A model generated the notes under the pieces. The model saw only the letters and a list, made by a program, of their open reading frames with translations. It had not been told where the DNA came from and did no database searches. Shown here piece after piece: positions 43,949-62,249 of a stretch of DNA of 64,000 bases. The stretch's first letter is position 1, and the number at the start of each line of letters is the position of its first letter. Position numbers and translations under genes: made by a program. Origin of the DNA: the human T2T-CHM13v2.0 reference genome, Homo sapiens; the NCBI RefSeq assembly GCF_009914755.1, contig NC_060935.1; one strand, written 5' to 3'.

Positions 43949-46863
43949 TAGTTTTTAAATGTACAATACATTATTGTTGACTATAGTCACCCTGTTGTGC
44001 TATCAAATAATAAATCTTATTTATCCACTGTATTTTTGTACCCATTAATCATCCCCACTCCCCAAACACACTACCCTTCCCAGTGTCTGGTAACCATCCT
44101 TCTATCTCCATGAGTTCAATTGTTTTAAGTTTTTAGCTCCCACAAGTAAGTGAGAACACGTGAAGTTTTTCTTTCCGTGCCTGGCTTATTTCACTTAACA
44201 TAATGACCTCCAGTTCCATCCCTGATGTTGCAAATGACAGGACCTCATTGTTTTTTACGGCTAAATAGTACTCCATTGTGTATATGTACTACATTTTCTT
44301 TATTCATTCATCTGTCGATGGACACTTAGGTTGATCCTAACTTTTGGCTATTGTGCTGCAATAAACATGAGAGTGCAGATATTTCTTTAATATACTGATT
44401 TCCATTTTTGGGGGTATATGCTTAGCAGTGGAATTGCTGGATTGTATGATAGTTCTATTTTTGTTTTTTTGAGGAACTACCAAACTGTTCTTCATAGTGG
44501 TTGTACTAATTTACATTCCCACCAACAGTGTACAAGGGTTCCTTTTTCTCCACATTCTCACCAGCATTTTTTATTGCCTGTGTTTTGGATAAAAGCCATT
44601 TTATTATAACTGGGGTAAGGTGATAGCTCACTGTAGTTTTGATTTGCATTTCTCTGATGATCAATAAGGTTGAGCATGTTTTCATATACCTGTTTGCCAT
44701 TGGTATGTCTTCTTTGTAGAAATGTCAGTTCATATCTTTTGCCCATTTTTAAATTGGATTATTAGATATTTTCCTATAGAGACATTTGAGCTCCTTATAT
44801 ATTCTGGTTATTAATGCCTTGTCAGGTGAGTAGGTTGCAAATATTTTCTCCCATTCTGTGGGTTGTCTCTTCACTTTGTGGATTGTTTCCTTTGCTGTAC
44901 AGAGGCTTTATAATTTGATATGATCCCATTTGTCCATTTTTGCTTGGTTGCCTGTGATTATGTATTATAGTCAAGAAATCCTTGACTACTCCAGTGTCCT
45001 GGAGAGTTTCCCCAATGTTTTCTTCTAGTAGTTTCATAGTTTGAGGTCTTAGATTTAAATGTTTAATCCATTTTGATTTGATGCTTGTTTATGGTGAGAG
45101 ATAGGGGTTGTTTCATTTTTCTGCATATGGATATCCAGTTTTCCCAGCATCATTTATTGAAGAGACTGTCCTTTCCCCAATGTATATTCTTGGTACCTTT
45201 GTCAAAAATGAGTTCATTGTAGATGTATGGATTTGTTTCTGGGTTCTCTATTCTGTTCTATTGGTCTGTGTGTTTCTTGTTATGCCAGTACTATGCTGTC
45301 TTGTTTACAATACGTCTGTAGTATAGCTTGAAGTCAGGCAATGTGATTTCTCCAGTTCTGTTCTTTTTGCTCATGATAGCTTTGCTATTCTGGGTCTTCT
45401 TTGTGGTATTATGTACATTTTAGGATTTTTTTTTCTATTTCTGTGAAGAATATTATTGGTATTTTGATAGAAATTGCATTGAATCTGAAGATTGCTTTGG
45501 GCAGTATGGACATTTTAACAATATTGATTCTACCAGTCAATGAATATGGAATGTCTTTCCTTTTTGTATGAAAAAAGTTTCTTGCATCAGTGTTTTATAG
45601 TTTTCATTATAGAGAGCTTTCACTTCTTTGGTTAAATTTATTCCTAGGTATTTAATTTTATTTATAACTATTGTAAATTGAATTACTTCCTTGATTTCTT
45701 TTTCAGATTGTTTACTATTGGTATACAGAGATGCTACTGATTTTTGTATGTTGATTTTGTATCCTGCAAGTTTACTGAATTTTCGTATCAGTTCTAATAG
45801 TTATTTGGTGGAGTCTTTAGGTTTTTCCAAATACAAGCTCACATCATCTGCAAACAAGGATAATTTGACTTCTTCCTTTCTAATTGCTATAAAACTTCCT
45901 TTCCAGTTTGGATGCCTTTTATTTGTTTCTCTTGTCTGATTGCTCTAGCTAGGACTTCCCATCCTATGTTGGACAACAGTTGTAAAACTGGGCATACTTG
46001 TCTTGTTCCAGATCTTAGAGAAAAGGCTTTAAGTTTTCTCCATTCAGTATGATACTAGCTATGGGTCTGTGGCACATTACTTTTATTGTGTTGAGGTCTG
46101 TTCCTTCTATACCCAGTTTTTTTAAGGGTTTTTATCATGAAGGGATGTTGAATTTTATCAAATGCTTTTTCAGCATTAATTGAAGTGATCGTATGGTTTT
46201 TGTATGTGATATGATATATCACATTGATTTGCATATGTTGAGCCATCCTTGCGTCCCTGGGATAAATCCCACTTGGTTATGATGAATGATCATTTTAATG
46301 TGTTGTTGAATTCAGTTTGCTAGTATTTTGTTGAGGATTTTTGCATCAATGTTTATCAGTGATATTGACCTTTAGCTTTCCTTTTTTGATATATTATGAT
46401 CTGGTTTTGGTGTCAGAGTAAAACAGCCTTCATAGAATGAGTTTGGAAGTATTCTAACCTCCTTTATTTTTTGGAATAGTATGAGTAAGATTGCTATTCA
46501 TTCTTTAAACACTTGGGAGAATTCAGCAATGAAGCCATCAGGTCCTGGGCTTTTCTTTGCTGGGAGACTTTTTGTTATGGCTTCAATATTATTACTTGTG
46601 ATTGGCCTATTTAGGTTTTGGATTTATTCATGACTTAATATTGGGAGGTTTTACGTGCCTAGGAATCTATCAGTTACTTCTAGGTTTTCCAATTTATTGG
46701 CATGTGGTTGCTCATAGTAGCCTCTAATGATCCTTTGCATTTGTGTAGTTTTGGTTTTAATGTCTCCTTTTTCCTCTTTATTTATTTAGGTCTTCTCTCT
46801 TTTTTTCTTAGTTGAGCTAAACGTTTGTCAATTTTGTTTATCTTTTGAAAACATCAACTTTCC

Positions 46864-50595
<3,732 letters not shown>

Positions 50596-50921
50596 AAAAC
50601 ATCAACTTTCCATTTTGTTGATATTTTGTATTTTTTGTTTGAATTTTATTTCTGCTCTGATCTTTATTATTTAAGAGCATATTGTTTAATTTTCGTGTAT
50701 TTGTATAGTTTCCAAAAATCCCTCTTGTTATCGATTTGTAGTTTTATTCCATTGTTTTCAGAAAGATACTTGATATAATTTCAGTTTTAAAAAAGTCTTT
50801 AAAGGCTTTTTTGTGGCCTAACATATGGTCCATCCTTGAGAATTATCCAGGTGCTGAGAAGAATGTGTTTTCTGTAGGCATTGGATGAAATGTTCTCTAA
50901 ATATCTGTTAGGTCAACTTGA

Positions 50922-51317
<396 letters not shown>

Positions 51318-54300
51318 TTAAATTTTCCAATTATTATTGTATTGGAGTTTTTGTTCTCTTTAGCTCTAATAATATTTGTTTTACATATCTGGGTGCTCCA
51401 ATGTTGAGTACATATATATTCACAATTGTTATATCCTCTTTCTGAATTGACCATTTTATTATTATATAATGCCCTTCTTTGTCTCTTTTTATAGTTTTTG
51501 TCTTGAAATCTATTTTATTTGATATAAGTATAGCTACTCCTGCTATACTTAAAAACTTTTTTGGTTTCCATTAGCATGAAATGTCTTTTTCCATCCCTGT
51601 ATTTTCAGTCTATGTATGTCTTATGGTGAAGTATGTTTCTTGTAGGCAACAGATTATTTTGTCTTTTTGTTTTTATCCTTTCAGCCACTCTGTTACTTTT
51701 GATTGAAGAGTTTAGTTCATTTACATTCAATGTTATTATTGATAAGCAAGGGCTTACTCCTGCCATTTTGTTATTTGTTTTCTGGTTACTTTCTGGTCTT
51801 CTCTTCCTTCTTTCCCGTCTTCATGTCTTCCTTTTAGTGAAGGTGATTTTCTCAGGTGGTATGTTTTAACTTCTTGCTTTTTATTTTGTGTAACTGTTGT
51901 ATGTTTTTTGATTTGTTACTGTGAGGTTTTCAAATAATATCTTATAACCCATCATTTTGAACCGATGACAACTTAACACTGATTGTGCAAACAACAAAAT
52001 AACAAGCCAAGAGTAAACTAATGTGAACACTACACTTTATCTTCTTGCTTTTTAACTTTTTGTTTTTATTTATACTGTATACTATGTCTTGAAAAGTTGT
52101 AGTTATTATTTTTTATTTGTTCATCATTTAGTCTTTCTACTCATGATATAGTTTATACACTACAATTACGGTGTTATAATATTCTGTATTTTTCTGTGTT
52201 TTTACTATTATTAATGAATACCTTCACATGATTTTATATTGCTCATTTACCCCCTTTTTTTTCCAGACTGAAGAACTCCCTTTATCATTTCTTATAGAAA
52301 AGGTCTGGTATTGATGAAATCCTTCAGCTTTTGTTTGGGAAAGTCTTAGTTTCTCCTTCATATTTGAAGGATTTTTTTGCTGGATATACTATTCTATGGT
52401 AAAAGTTTTTTCCTTCAGCACTGAATATGTTATGCCACTCACTCTTGGCCTGTAAGGTTTCCACTGAGAAGTCTGCTGCCAGACATATTAGAGCTCCATA
52501 ATATGTTACTTGTTTCTTTTCTCTTGCTGCTTTTAGGATCATTTTTAAATCCTTGACCTTTGGGGGTTTGATTATTAAATGCGTTGAGGTCGTCTTCTTT
52601 GGATTAAATCTGCGTGATATCTTATATCCTTTTTGTACTTGAATATTGATATATTCCCTAGGTTTGGGAAGTTCTTTGTTGTTATCTCTTTGAATAAACT
52701 TTCTACCCCTATCTCGTTATCCACCTCCTCTTTAAGGCTAATACCTCTTAGATTTGCTCTTTTGAGACTCTAGATGTTGTAGGCTTACTTTCTTCTTTTT
52801 TATTCTTTTTTTTCTTTTGTCTCCCTGGCTGTGTATTTTCAAATAGCCTGTATTCAAACTCACTAATTCTTTCTTCTCCTTGATCATTTTGCTACTAAGA
52901 GACTATGATGCATTCTTCAATAGACCAATTGCCTTTTTCAGCTTCAGAATTTCTGCTAGATTCTTTTTAATTATTTCAATCTCTTTGTTCAATGTATCTG
53001 ATATGATTCTGACTTTCTTCTCTGTTATCCTGGATTTTGTTGAGCTTCCTTAAAACAGCTGTTTTGAATTCTCTGTCTGAAAGGTCGCGTATCTCTTCCT
53101 CTCTGGGATTTGTTACTGGTGTATTTAGTTTATTTAGGAAGTTAATGTTTTCCTGAATGTTCTTGACGCATGTGGATGTTCTTCAGTGTCTGGGCATTGA
53201 AGAGTTAGGTATTTATTGTAGTCTTCATGGTCTGGGCTTGTGTGCACCTGTCCTTCTTGGGAAGGCTTTCCAGGTGCTCGGAGGGACTTGTGTGTTGTGA
53301 TGTAAGTCTTTGGTCACTGCAACCATACTGGCTTTAGGGCACACCCTAAACCCAGTAATACTGTGGCTCTTGCAGACTCAGAGGTACCACCTTGGTGGTT
53401 TTGGGTGAGATCTGGGAGAATTCTCTGGATTGCCAGGCAGACATTTTTGTTCTCTTCCTTTACTTTCACCCAAGCGAACAAAAGTCTCTGTCTTTATGCT
53501 GAGTTGCCTGGAGCTGGGGGAGGAGTGACACAAGCACCTCTGTGGCCACCACCAGTGGGACGGTGCTGGATCAGACCTGAAACCAGCACAGCACTGGGTC
53601 TCACCCAAGGCCTGCAGTGACCACTGCCTGGCTACTGCCTATGTTCGCTCAAGGTTCAAGAGCTTCTACAGTCAGCAGGTGGGAAATCCAGCCAGGCTTA
53701 CGTCCTTCCTCACAGGGCAGTGAGTTCTCTCTGGCTGCTGGTGGGTCCAGAGATGCCATTCAGGGGCCCGGGCCTATAGTTGAGAACCTTAGTGCTCTGT
53801 TCTACTGTGGCTGAACTGGACCCAAACCACAAGACAAAAGTTTTCTCCACTCTTTCCTCAAGCAGAAGGGTCTCTCCTCATGGCCGCCCCTACCCCAGGA
53901 GCCCACTTGGTGCTCTGCCCCACTGTAACCAAGTTGGTACCCAAGCTGCAAAACAAAGTCCCCTTTACTCTTCCTTCTTTCCTCAAGCAGAAGCAGTATC
54001 TTCCTATAGCCACCACAGCTGAGAATGTGCTGGGTCACACCTGCAGCCAGCATGGCTCTGAGTCTCACCCAAGGCCTGAAGTGAGTACTGCCTGACTACT
54101 ATTAGCTTATTCAGGGCCTAAGGGCTCTTTAGTTAGTAGACGATGAATTTCACCAGGACTAGGTCTTTCACTTTAACGCAAGGGGTTCCCTTATTCCCCA
54201 GGGTGTGTTTAGAAATGTCTGGGAGCTGGGATCTGGACTGGGGGCTGTAGGATTCTGCCTGGTGCCCTATCCTACTGTGGCTCATCTGGTTTCCAAGTTG

Positions 54301-55140
54301 CAAGACAAAGTCCTCTTTACTTGTCTCTGTCCTCTCCTTGAGCGCAGGAAATAAGTCTCTCCTGGAGCTGCAAGCTGCACTGCTTGGGGTTGGGAGACAG
54401 ATGACACAAGCACTCTCCTGGCCATAGCAGCTGGTATCTCACTTGGTCATGTGCACCCCAAGTCAGCTGACTCCAAGCCCAGCATAGCACCAGGACTTGC
54501 CCAGGAGTTGCAATCCCTTTGGCCTAGATTGCCTTTCAAATTAATTTAGGACCCCACCCCAGAGCTTTTTAGCCCATGGTGGTGGGTCTTGCTGGAACTC
54601 AGGTCCTTATTTCTGGGATGGACAACTTGCCTCTCATTAGGGCTGGTCTAAATGCTCCCTCTGTGGGTGCCAGCTGAGTTCTGTCCCATGTTGCTTTCCA
54701 GGGCAGGACTTAGTTTCAATGCTATGTCCCACAATCACTGTGCTCTCCCTTCCCAAGTGCACAGATTTTCCCTCTATGCCATGCCACTGCTGCTGGGGAA
54801 GGGGTGGCATAGGCAATTCAAGACTGTCTTTCCTACCCTCTTCAGTTTCTCTTTCCTTAATATGATGTTAAAACCAGGTACTGTGATATCCCTCATCTGA
54901 TTTTTGGTTCTTTAGGTTCTTTATTGTATGGATAGTTGTTCAATTTGTTGTTTCTGCAGTGGGGAGGATCACAGGAGGCTTCCATTTGGCCATTTGGTTC
55001 CACCTCCTCAACATTTTGTTTTGTTTTGTTTTTTAATCATAGAAGTAGTTGTTATATATAATTGGTTCTGATTCTTGATTTTCTATCCCTATTACAATAC
55101 CCAATTACTCTAATATGCGTGTCTTTATAGTACATTTTGA

Positions 55141-56150
55141 TAGTCACCTGCTGTGTAATGTTTTGATGAACAACAGACCACATATATGATGGTGGTCTCT
55201 TAAGATTATAATGGAGCTGAAAAATTCCTATTGCCTAGTGATGTAGTAGCTGTCGTAACATTGTAGTGTAATGTTACTTACGTCTTTGTGCTGATGCTGG
55301 TGTAAACAAACCTGTGCTACCAGTCATATAAAAGTATAACATACACAATTATGTATAGTACATTATTGATAATGATAATAAACGATTATGTTACTGGTTT
55401 ATGTATTTACTATATGATACTTTTTATTGTTATTTCAGAGTGTACTTTTTCTACTTATTAAAACAGCCTCAGGCAGGTCCTGCAGGAGGTATTCCAGAAG
55501 AGGGCGTTGTTATTATAGGAGATGACCCCCCCATGTTACTGCTGCTGTGCACCTCACTGTCAGACAGGATGTGAAGGTGGAAGACAGTGATATTGATGAT
55601 CCTGACCCTGTGTAGGCCTAGAGTAATGTGTGTGTTTGTGTCTTAATTTTTAGCAAAATTTAAAAAGAAAAATAATTTAAAATTAGAAGAAAGCTTATAA
55701 AGATATAAAGAAAAAAGTGTTTTCGTACAGCAAGTGCAAATGTTTATAAACTTTATAATAGTGTGTATAATGTCCTAGGCCTTCGCATTTACTCACCACT
55801 CACTGACTCAGTCAGAGCAACTTCCAGTCCTGCAAGCTCCATTTATGGTAAGTACCCTATACAGGTGTACCATTGTTTATCTTTTATACTATATTTTAAC
55901 CGTACTTTTTCTATGTTTAGATATGTTTAAATACACAAATATTTATCATTGTGTTACAGTTGCCTACAGTATTCAATACGATAAATGCTGTACAGGTTTG
56001 TAGCCTAGGAGCAATAGGCAATATCATATAGCCTAGGTGTGTGGTAGGCTATGCCATCTAGGTTTGTGTAAGAACACTCTTGTACAACAACAACATTGCT
56101 TGATGCATTTCTCAGAATATATCCTTGTTATTAAGCAATGCATAACTGTA
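55141..56150. mobile_element. Tigger3b-type DNA transposon
   Basis: taagattataatggagctgaaaaattcctattgcctagtga; ends ttaagcaatgcataactg followed by ta. Confidence 0.8.
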
Positions 56151-56674
56151 TTTGGTAAAATACAGAGATATTCCACATATTTTATTATGCTATTAAGCAT
56201 CGTTTAAAATAATTTATGTCAGTTATAACTTGTTTATTCTTTCACATGAACATTGAAATCATTGAGTTTACTTCTTAAGCATTTCATTGGTATCTTCATT
56301 TAAATTGCCTTATGTTTATGTTATAAAACATACTAATAAACAGGTTTTCTTTTTTGGGCCTCAGTGAAGTTTGGTAGTTTTCATTATATAAGATGTTTTG
56401 CATTTCTTGTTAGGATGTTTCTTATGTATTGCATGTTTCTGATTATTGTTAAAGATGGAACTTTTTTCCTGTTAAATTTCTTAAGTGATTACTGTTGAGA
56501 TCTATGTATATCTATTTTCTGTATCGATGTCAATATCTATATCTATATTGCTGATTTTTGTATCTTCTTAAACTAATTATCTTACTGACTTCTACTAGTA
56601 CATTTTCATTTTGTTTACTCTGGTTTTTCCGTATAGAGAAGAATCACTTGAAAATAGAGACACATTTATCCCCA

Positions 56675-56880
56675 TTTAACAATAATTTATTGTATATTTT
56701 AAAATAACTGAACAAATGGAATTGGAATGTTTCTAACACAAAAAAATGATAAATACTTGAGGTGATAGAGATCCCAATTATCCTGATTTGATCATTAGAC
56801 ATTGTATGCTTGTATCAGTATATCACATGTACTACATAAATGTGTGTAACTATTATGTATCTGTAATAATTAATAAAAAA
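56675..56880 (+). mobile_element. L1MA 3' end fragment
   Basis: aacaataatttattgtatattttaaaataact...tgatttgatcatt. Confidence 0.7.
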
Positions 56881-57959
56881 CCATCAATTAAAAAATTATT
56901 GTCCTTCATTACATTGGCTATAACTTACAGAAAAATGCAAAAGAGTAATGAGCACACTGCTCTTCTTCCTGAATTTAATGAGAGTGCACTCTGTATTTTA
57001 TCATTAACCATAATATTGGCTATCAATATGCAATAACTATTCTCTATTAGATTAAGGAAGTTTTCTTCTATTTTCAGGCAGCTTTTGTATTTATTTTAAT
57101 ATTGCTTTCATTTTAATTATTTTTAATCTTTGCAATTATTGAAATAATTATTTTTAATCTTCAGAGGTATTGATGTGACTAATTAATTGACTGGTGTTTT
57201 TAACATGCTAGTGGATTAGCATGTTATTTATATTAATAGTGAGATTAGTTTGTGATTTCCTTTTTTGTGCTGTATTTATGTGTGGGCTTTGGTATTAGAG
57301 TATTGGTGGTTTGAGAAAATGAATTGGAAGTGTGCCATCTTTTTCTCTGCTCTGGAACAATTTAAATTGCATGTTAATTGTCTTTCCTTGAAGCTTCAAT
57401 AGGACTCACTTGTAAAATTGTCTGGATATGATACAGCTTTTGGAGTTATTTCTTAGGCAAAAATTTCAACTTCTCCCATGGTTATTGATATCCAGATGAA
57501 CTGTTTTCTCAAGTCATTTAAGTTTATGTGTTTTTAGAAAATCACACGTCTCATCCTTATTTTCAGGATTTTTAGCTTAGATTACTGTGTTTAAATTTCT
57601 TACACCATTATAACATACTTCTATATCTGTGAATAAAGCCTAATTCTTGCTTTTAATGTTTTGAATGTGTTTTCTGTTGTTTAAATCTGCAAGAGGCTTG
57701 TCCATTTTATTGATATTTGCAAAGACATTAGCTCTTGGATGTATTTATCAAATCTATTTTTATTTTCTAATAATTTCTCTTGATCTCTTAGGTTTTTCTC
57801 ATCTTGTTTTTTGCCATTTTTAAAATTCATTTTCATTTTCTATTTTTAAAAATGAATATATTTAAGGCTATAAAATTTCTTCTGAAAATATTTGTCTCCA
57901 TATCAATTTTGATTTGTAGATTTTGCTGCATTTATAGATTTAATAGCCTGTAACTGCAT

Positions 57960-59390
57960 TTTTAAGCTTTTGTAACAAGTATAATTTACAAGCAAGAAAA
58001 TACGTATCTTAAGGGTACAATTAGATGAATTTTTTAATGAAGTAAAATTTATACAGAGTGAAATGCACATATGTTAATTGTGCAGTTTGGTGAGTTTTGA
58101 CAAATACGTATGTCTGTGTAACCAACACACCACCCAAGACACAGAACGCTTTCACTACCCCAAATGTTCTCTCATGTCACCTTCCAGTCAGTTCCAACTC
58201 CTCATGGACAATTGCTGCTGATTTCTGTCCCTACTGATTCATTTCATTGATTGTTGGGCTTTGTGTATATGAAATCTTACAGTATGTGCTCTTTTGTGTC
58301 TGGCTTCTTTCCCTCAGCAAAGTGATTTTGAGGTTAATCCATTGTGTTGCTTATATCAGCAGTTCATTCTTTTTTTTTTTTAATTGCTGAGTAGCATTCC
58401 ATGGTATGACTATACCACAATTTGTTATCCTGTCTCTAGATGAACTTTTGGGTTGTTTCCAGTTTTTTGGCTATTATGCATAAAGTTGCTATAGGAATTC
58501 CTTTAAAAATCTTTCTGTGGACATGTTTTTATTTTTTGGGGGTGCATATTTAGTGGAATTTCTGGGCCAAGGGGTATGGTTAATTTTATCAGAAACTGAC
58601 AAACTGTTTTCTAGTCTTTGTACCATATATATATTCCATACAGAAATGCATGAGACTTCCAGTTATTCCACATCAGTATTAATAATTGATATTGTCAGTC
58701 TTTTAAGTTTTAGCAACTTTATTGGGTACAAAGTAGCATATCATGTGTTTTTAATTTGTATTTGCTTGATGGATAATGATATTGAACATCTTTTTGCGTA
58801 CTTATTGGCCATTCATATACTTTTGTATGATGAAAGGTTAGTTCAGTCCTTTTGTTCAGACAACCCATTAAAAAAATGGGTTGTCTGTTTTCTTTGTTAT
58901 TTGAGTTGTAAGTGTTCTCCACATATTCTGGATATAAGTTGTCAGATTTACGTATTGTAATATTTTCTTCTAGTCTGTGATTTATCTTTTTTACAGTGTC
59001 TTTTGAAGAATAGAAGATCTTAGTTTTAATGCAGTTCATTTTTATCACTTTTTCTTCTATGGTTATTGCTTTTTGTGTTTTACTTAAGAAATCCTTACTT
59101 ACCTAAATATTGTAAATTTGTTTTCTTCTTGCAGCTTTATAGTTTTGTGCTTGATCCCATCATTCATCCCAAATTAATTTTTATATTTGGTATGAAGTGG
59201 TATGAATTGGTATGAAGGAGAGGTCAGGGTTCATTATTTTTTCTCCCATTTGGATATCCAGTTGTTCCAACACCATTTGTAGAAAAGACTGTCCATTCCT
59301 TATGGAATTATTTTGGTGACTTTGTTGAAAATCAGTTGAGTGTGTTTTGTGGGTCTTTTTCTGGACTTTCTATTCTGTTTCTATACTTGC
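57960..59390 (-). mobile_element. Old L1MB/MC/MD 3' fragment
   Basis: Antisense L1 3' UTR and ORF2 tail. Confidence 0.7.
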
Positions 59391-59559
59391 AGTTTGAAGC
59401 TTCTGTATTTGATACTCTCTTTGACCCCTGAATTATTTAGGAATATGCTGACATCTTTAACGACAACTCTAACTTATGACACAGAAAACCATTATTTTAG
59501 GGCCATGTCAGCAATGACGCCAAATAGTTATTCACCTGGGTAGGAATGTCCATCCTTTA

Positions 59560-59730
59560 AAGTAGTTCTGAAACCTAGCAGTATACTTGGGGAGTTTTTT
59601 TAAAACAATGCAGATTTTGGAACGCCACCCCAGACCTAATTTTCACTGTAGAAACTGGATAGTTTCTGTTTTTAGAAAGCTCTTCCAGGTGATTCTGAGA
59701 CATCCAGTCAATTTGGAAGCCATTGCTCTA
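59560..59730. mobile_element. MER5-like hAT fragment
   Basis: aatgcagatt...ccaccccagaccta...aagctcttccaggtgattctga. Confidence 0.6.
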
Positions 59731-60395
59731 AGCACTACCCCTTACAGCAAAAAGCTGTTACTCTCTAAGCCCTCAGTGGATTCAAAGCTTTTCATTATTT
59801 CAGTGTACAGAATCAACCCTCAAGAAAGGGGAAGAGATAATTAGCCTGTTTTTCTCTCAAGCATTGAAATCACCACAAATCTCAGGTTATCTTTGAATGA
59901 CCTTTTGACTTGAGAGAATATAATATTTATGGTTATTGTAGTATATTTAAGGTATTTTACAAGTTACAAAAACCATTGAATTCTGAATGACTGTTCTGCT
60001 GTTCAAATATAGTGACTTAAAAATTCATGGAGGAATCTTTGGGACTATGAAAGTCAGTGTCTTACTTATTTCAGGGCTAATGGATCAGAAAAGCTCCAAG
60101 AAGGCCAAGAGAGCTGTCAAATGAAGTGCACTGTAGCTCAAGATCAGAGAGAAGGGCTTTGGAGGTAAGAAGGGCTTTGGAAGAGACTTAGTATCTCAAC
60201 GTATCAGTGAGAACATTAGAATGAATGCTGGTACTTTTTCCTGAGACAGAGAACAATAAAAGAAGTCCAGGGTTTGGCTGGAAAGAACATGAACTTGATG
60301 TGGGACATTTTGCTTTGGGAAATCTCTGTGCTGTCAAAAGTAGGTGCCAAGTAGTCCCTTGTGAAAAATCTTCTTTCACATTATTTGTCTAAGAC

Positions 60396-60542
60396 AGTGT
60401 TTCCTAACCATTGCACTATTGACATTTTGGGCTGAAAAACTCTTTGTTGTGGGAAGCTGTCTTGTGCATTGTAACACGTTTAGCAGCATCTCTGGTCTCT
60501 ACCCACTAAATGCCAGTTAGCACTCCTCCTAACTGTGACACA
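60396..60542. mobile_element. MER3 fragment
   Basis: gcactattgacattttgggc...tagcagcatctctggtctctacccacta. Confidence 0.75.
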
Positions 60543-61719
60543 TACAAGTGTCACATACTTGACACATACAAGAAATATGTGACCATTTTATATCTCTTGG
60601 GTGTTCTGTACTGTGCCTAGGTGTAGATTTACTTCTCTTTATGCTGCCTGGGACTCATTGGGAGTCTTAATCTAAGTATTCACATATTTCTTCTAGAAAA
60701 TTCTTAATTATCTTTTCAAATTCTTCACTCCCCCCACAAAAGGCTCATTCTAGACTTTCTCATTATATACTTCATGTCTCTAGCCTTATTTTTATATTTC
60801 CATCCTCTTTGCACTATATTCTGAGTAATTTATTCAGGTCTATCTTCAGTTTCACTGTTTCTGTCTTCATCTTTGTCTAATGTGCTGTTTGACCCATCCA
60901 CAGAATTTATAAGATTAGGGACTTTCTAAGATTATGAGACTTTATAATATTACTGTTATTTGCTATTTTAATGACTATATTTTTCATATCTGGAAGTATA
61001 CTTTTGCCAACCTGTGTGATGTTTTTTCTAGTTTCTTCTTTCACATATATTTGATTCTATTTTGTAATTTTAAATGCTTATAGTTTTCCATGATGACTCT
61101 CATATGAATTCCTTGGAGATCTAATTCCATGAAATCCTTCTATTTTTGCTTATGGCAGATGGTTTTCTTGTGTAATTCTAGATTGTGATCTTATGATTGG
61201 TAGGACATTACCTATGAAAAACCTGTGTGGTTTGGCTTTTGTGTGAGAATTCAGAAAGAGTTTGATTTGTTTCTTTTAAGTTTCCCTGGGAGAATTATTA
61301 TCCCCAGCTTGCTTACTTATTTATTTACTCTTTTAGCCACTGGGAGTGGCTAGGAGTGGAAAAGCAGTGAATACTGAGTCACAGTGGAGAAATGTGTCTT
61401 CAAGTCTCCCAGATAAAGTGGTCTTGGCACCTATGATTGGGCCTGAAAGATCACACATAGGATTTTGGCTAGGAGCTGCACTCCTCAGAGGTTAGATACC
61501 TTTTTTTTTTTTCATAAGAAATTGAGCAGGCCAAGAAAAAAGCTTCAGATGCTGCTATTTGGGGGTGTAAGTCCTGATGAATAGACCTGTTTGCCACCTT
61601 ATCACTGCACAGTGAGATTGCCCTATTAATCAGTCCCATCCATATACATAGAGCATCCAGGTGGCTTTTTAAGTGAATATCATAATGGTATGAGGAGATG
61701 GCTAAGGATTTCAGGTATT

Positions 61720-62245
61720 TGATAAACATTTCCTGTGTGAAAGAGAAACCGAATAGTCACACAGATAAAAGGAACCTAGAAGAGACGGAGACAATTTCAA
61801 GAATAAAATAAAACTTTAAATAAAATGCGTATTAGTAATAAAATGAATATATTCATAGAAATCAGGGAAAATGTTGTATCCAGGAAACAACTGAATTCTG
61901 TGAAAAAGAACATTCAGAGAACAAGTAGGATCTTTTTAAGATGAAAAAAGTTGATGACTAAAAAAAAACCATGAATAGAAGTGCCAAAAGATATGTCAAG
62001 ATAATTTTGCAGAAAATATAGCAAAAATATAAAGAGGTATAAAGTTTAAAAATTAAGAAGCTTAGAAGATAAATCCAAGAGATACGATATTGAAGTATCA
62101 GGAATTACGGAAGAAGAGAATAGAGAAATTGGCAGGGAGGCCGTTATCAAGGAAATAATAATACAATATCTCTGAAATTAAGAACACTGCTCTCTAGTTT
62201 GAAAAGGTCCATAGTGTATCCAATACAATAAATGAAAAAGTCCCT
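61720..62245 (+). mobile_element. Very old L1M ORF1-region fragment
   Basis: A-rich; ggaattacggaagaagagaatagagaaa resembles the ORF1 G-I-P-E-E region. Confidence 0.5.
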
Positions 62246-62249
62246 ACTG

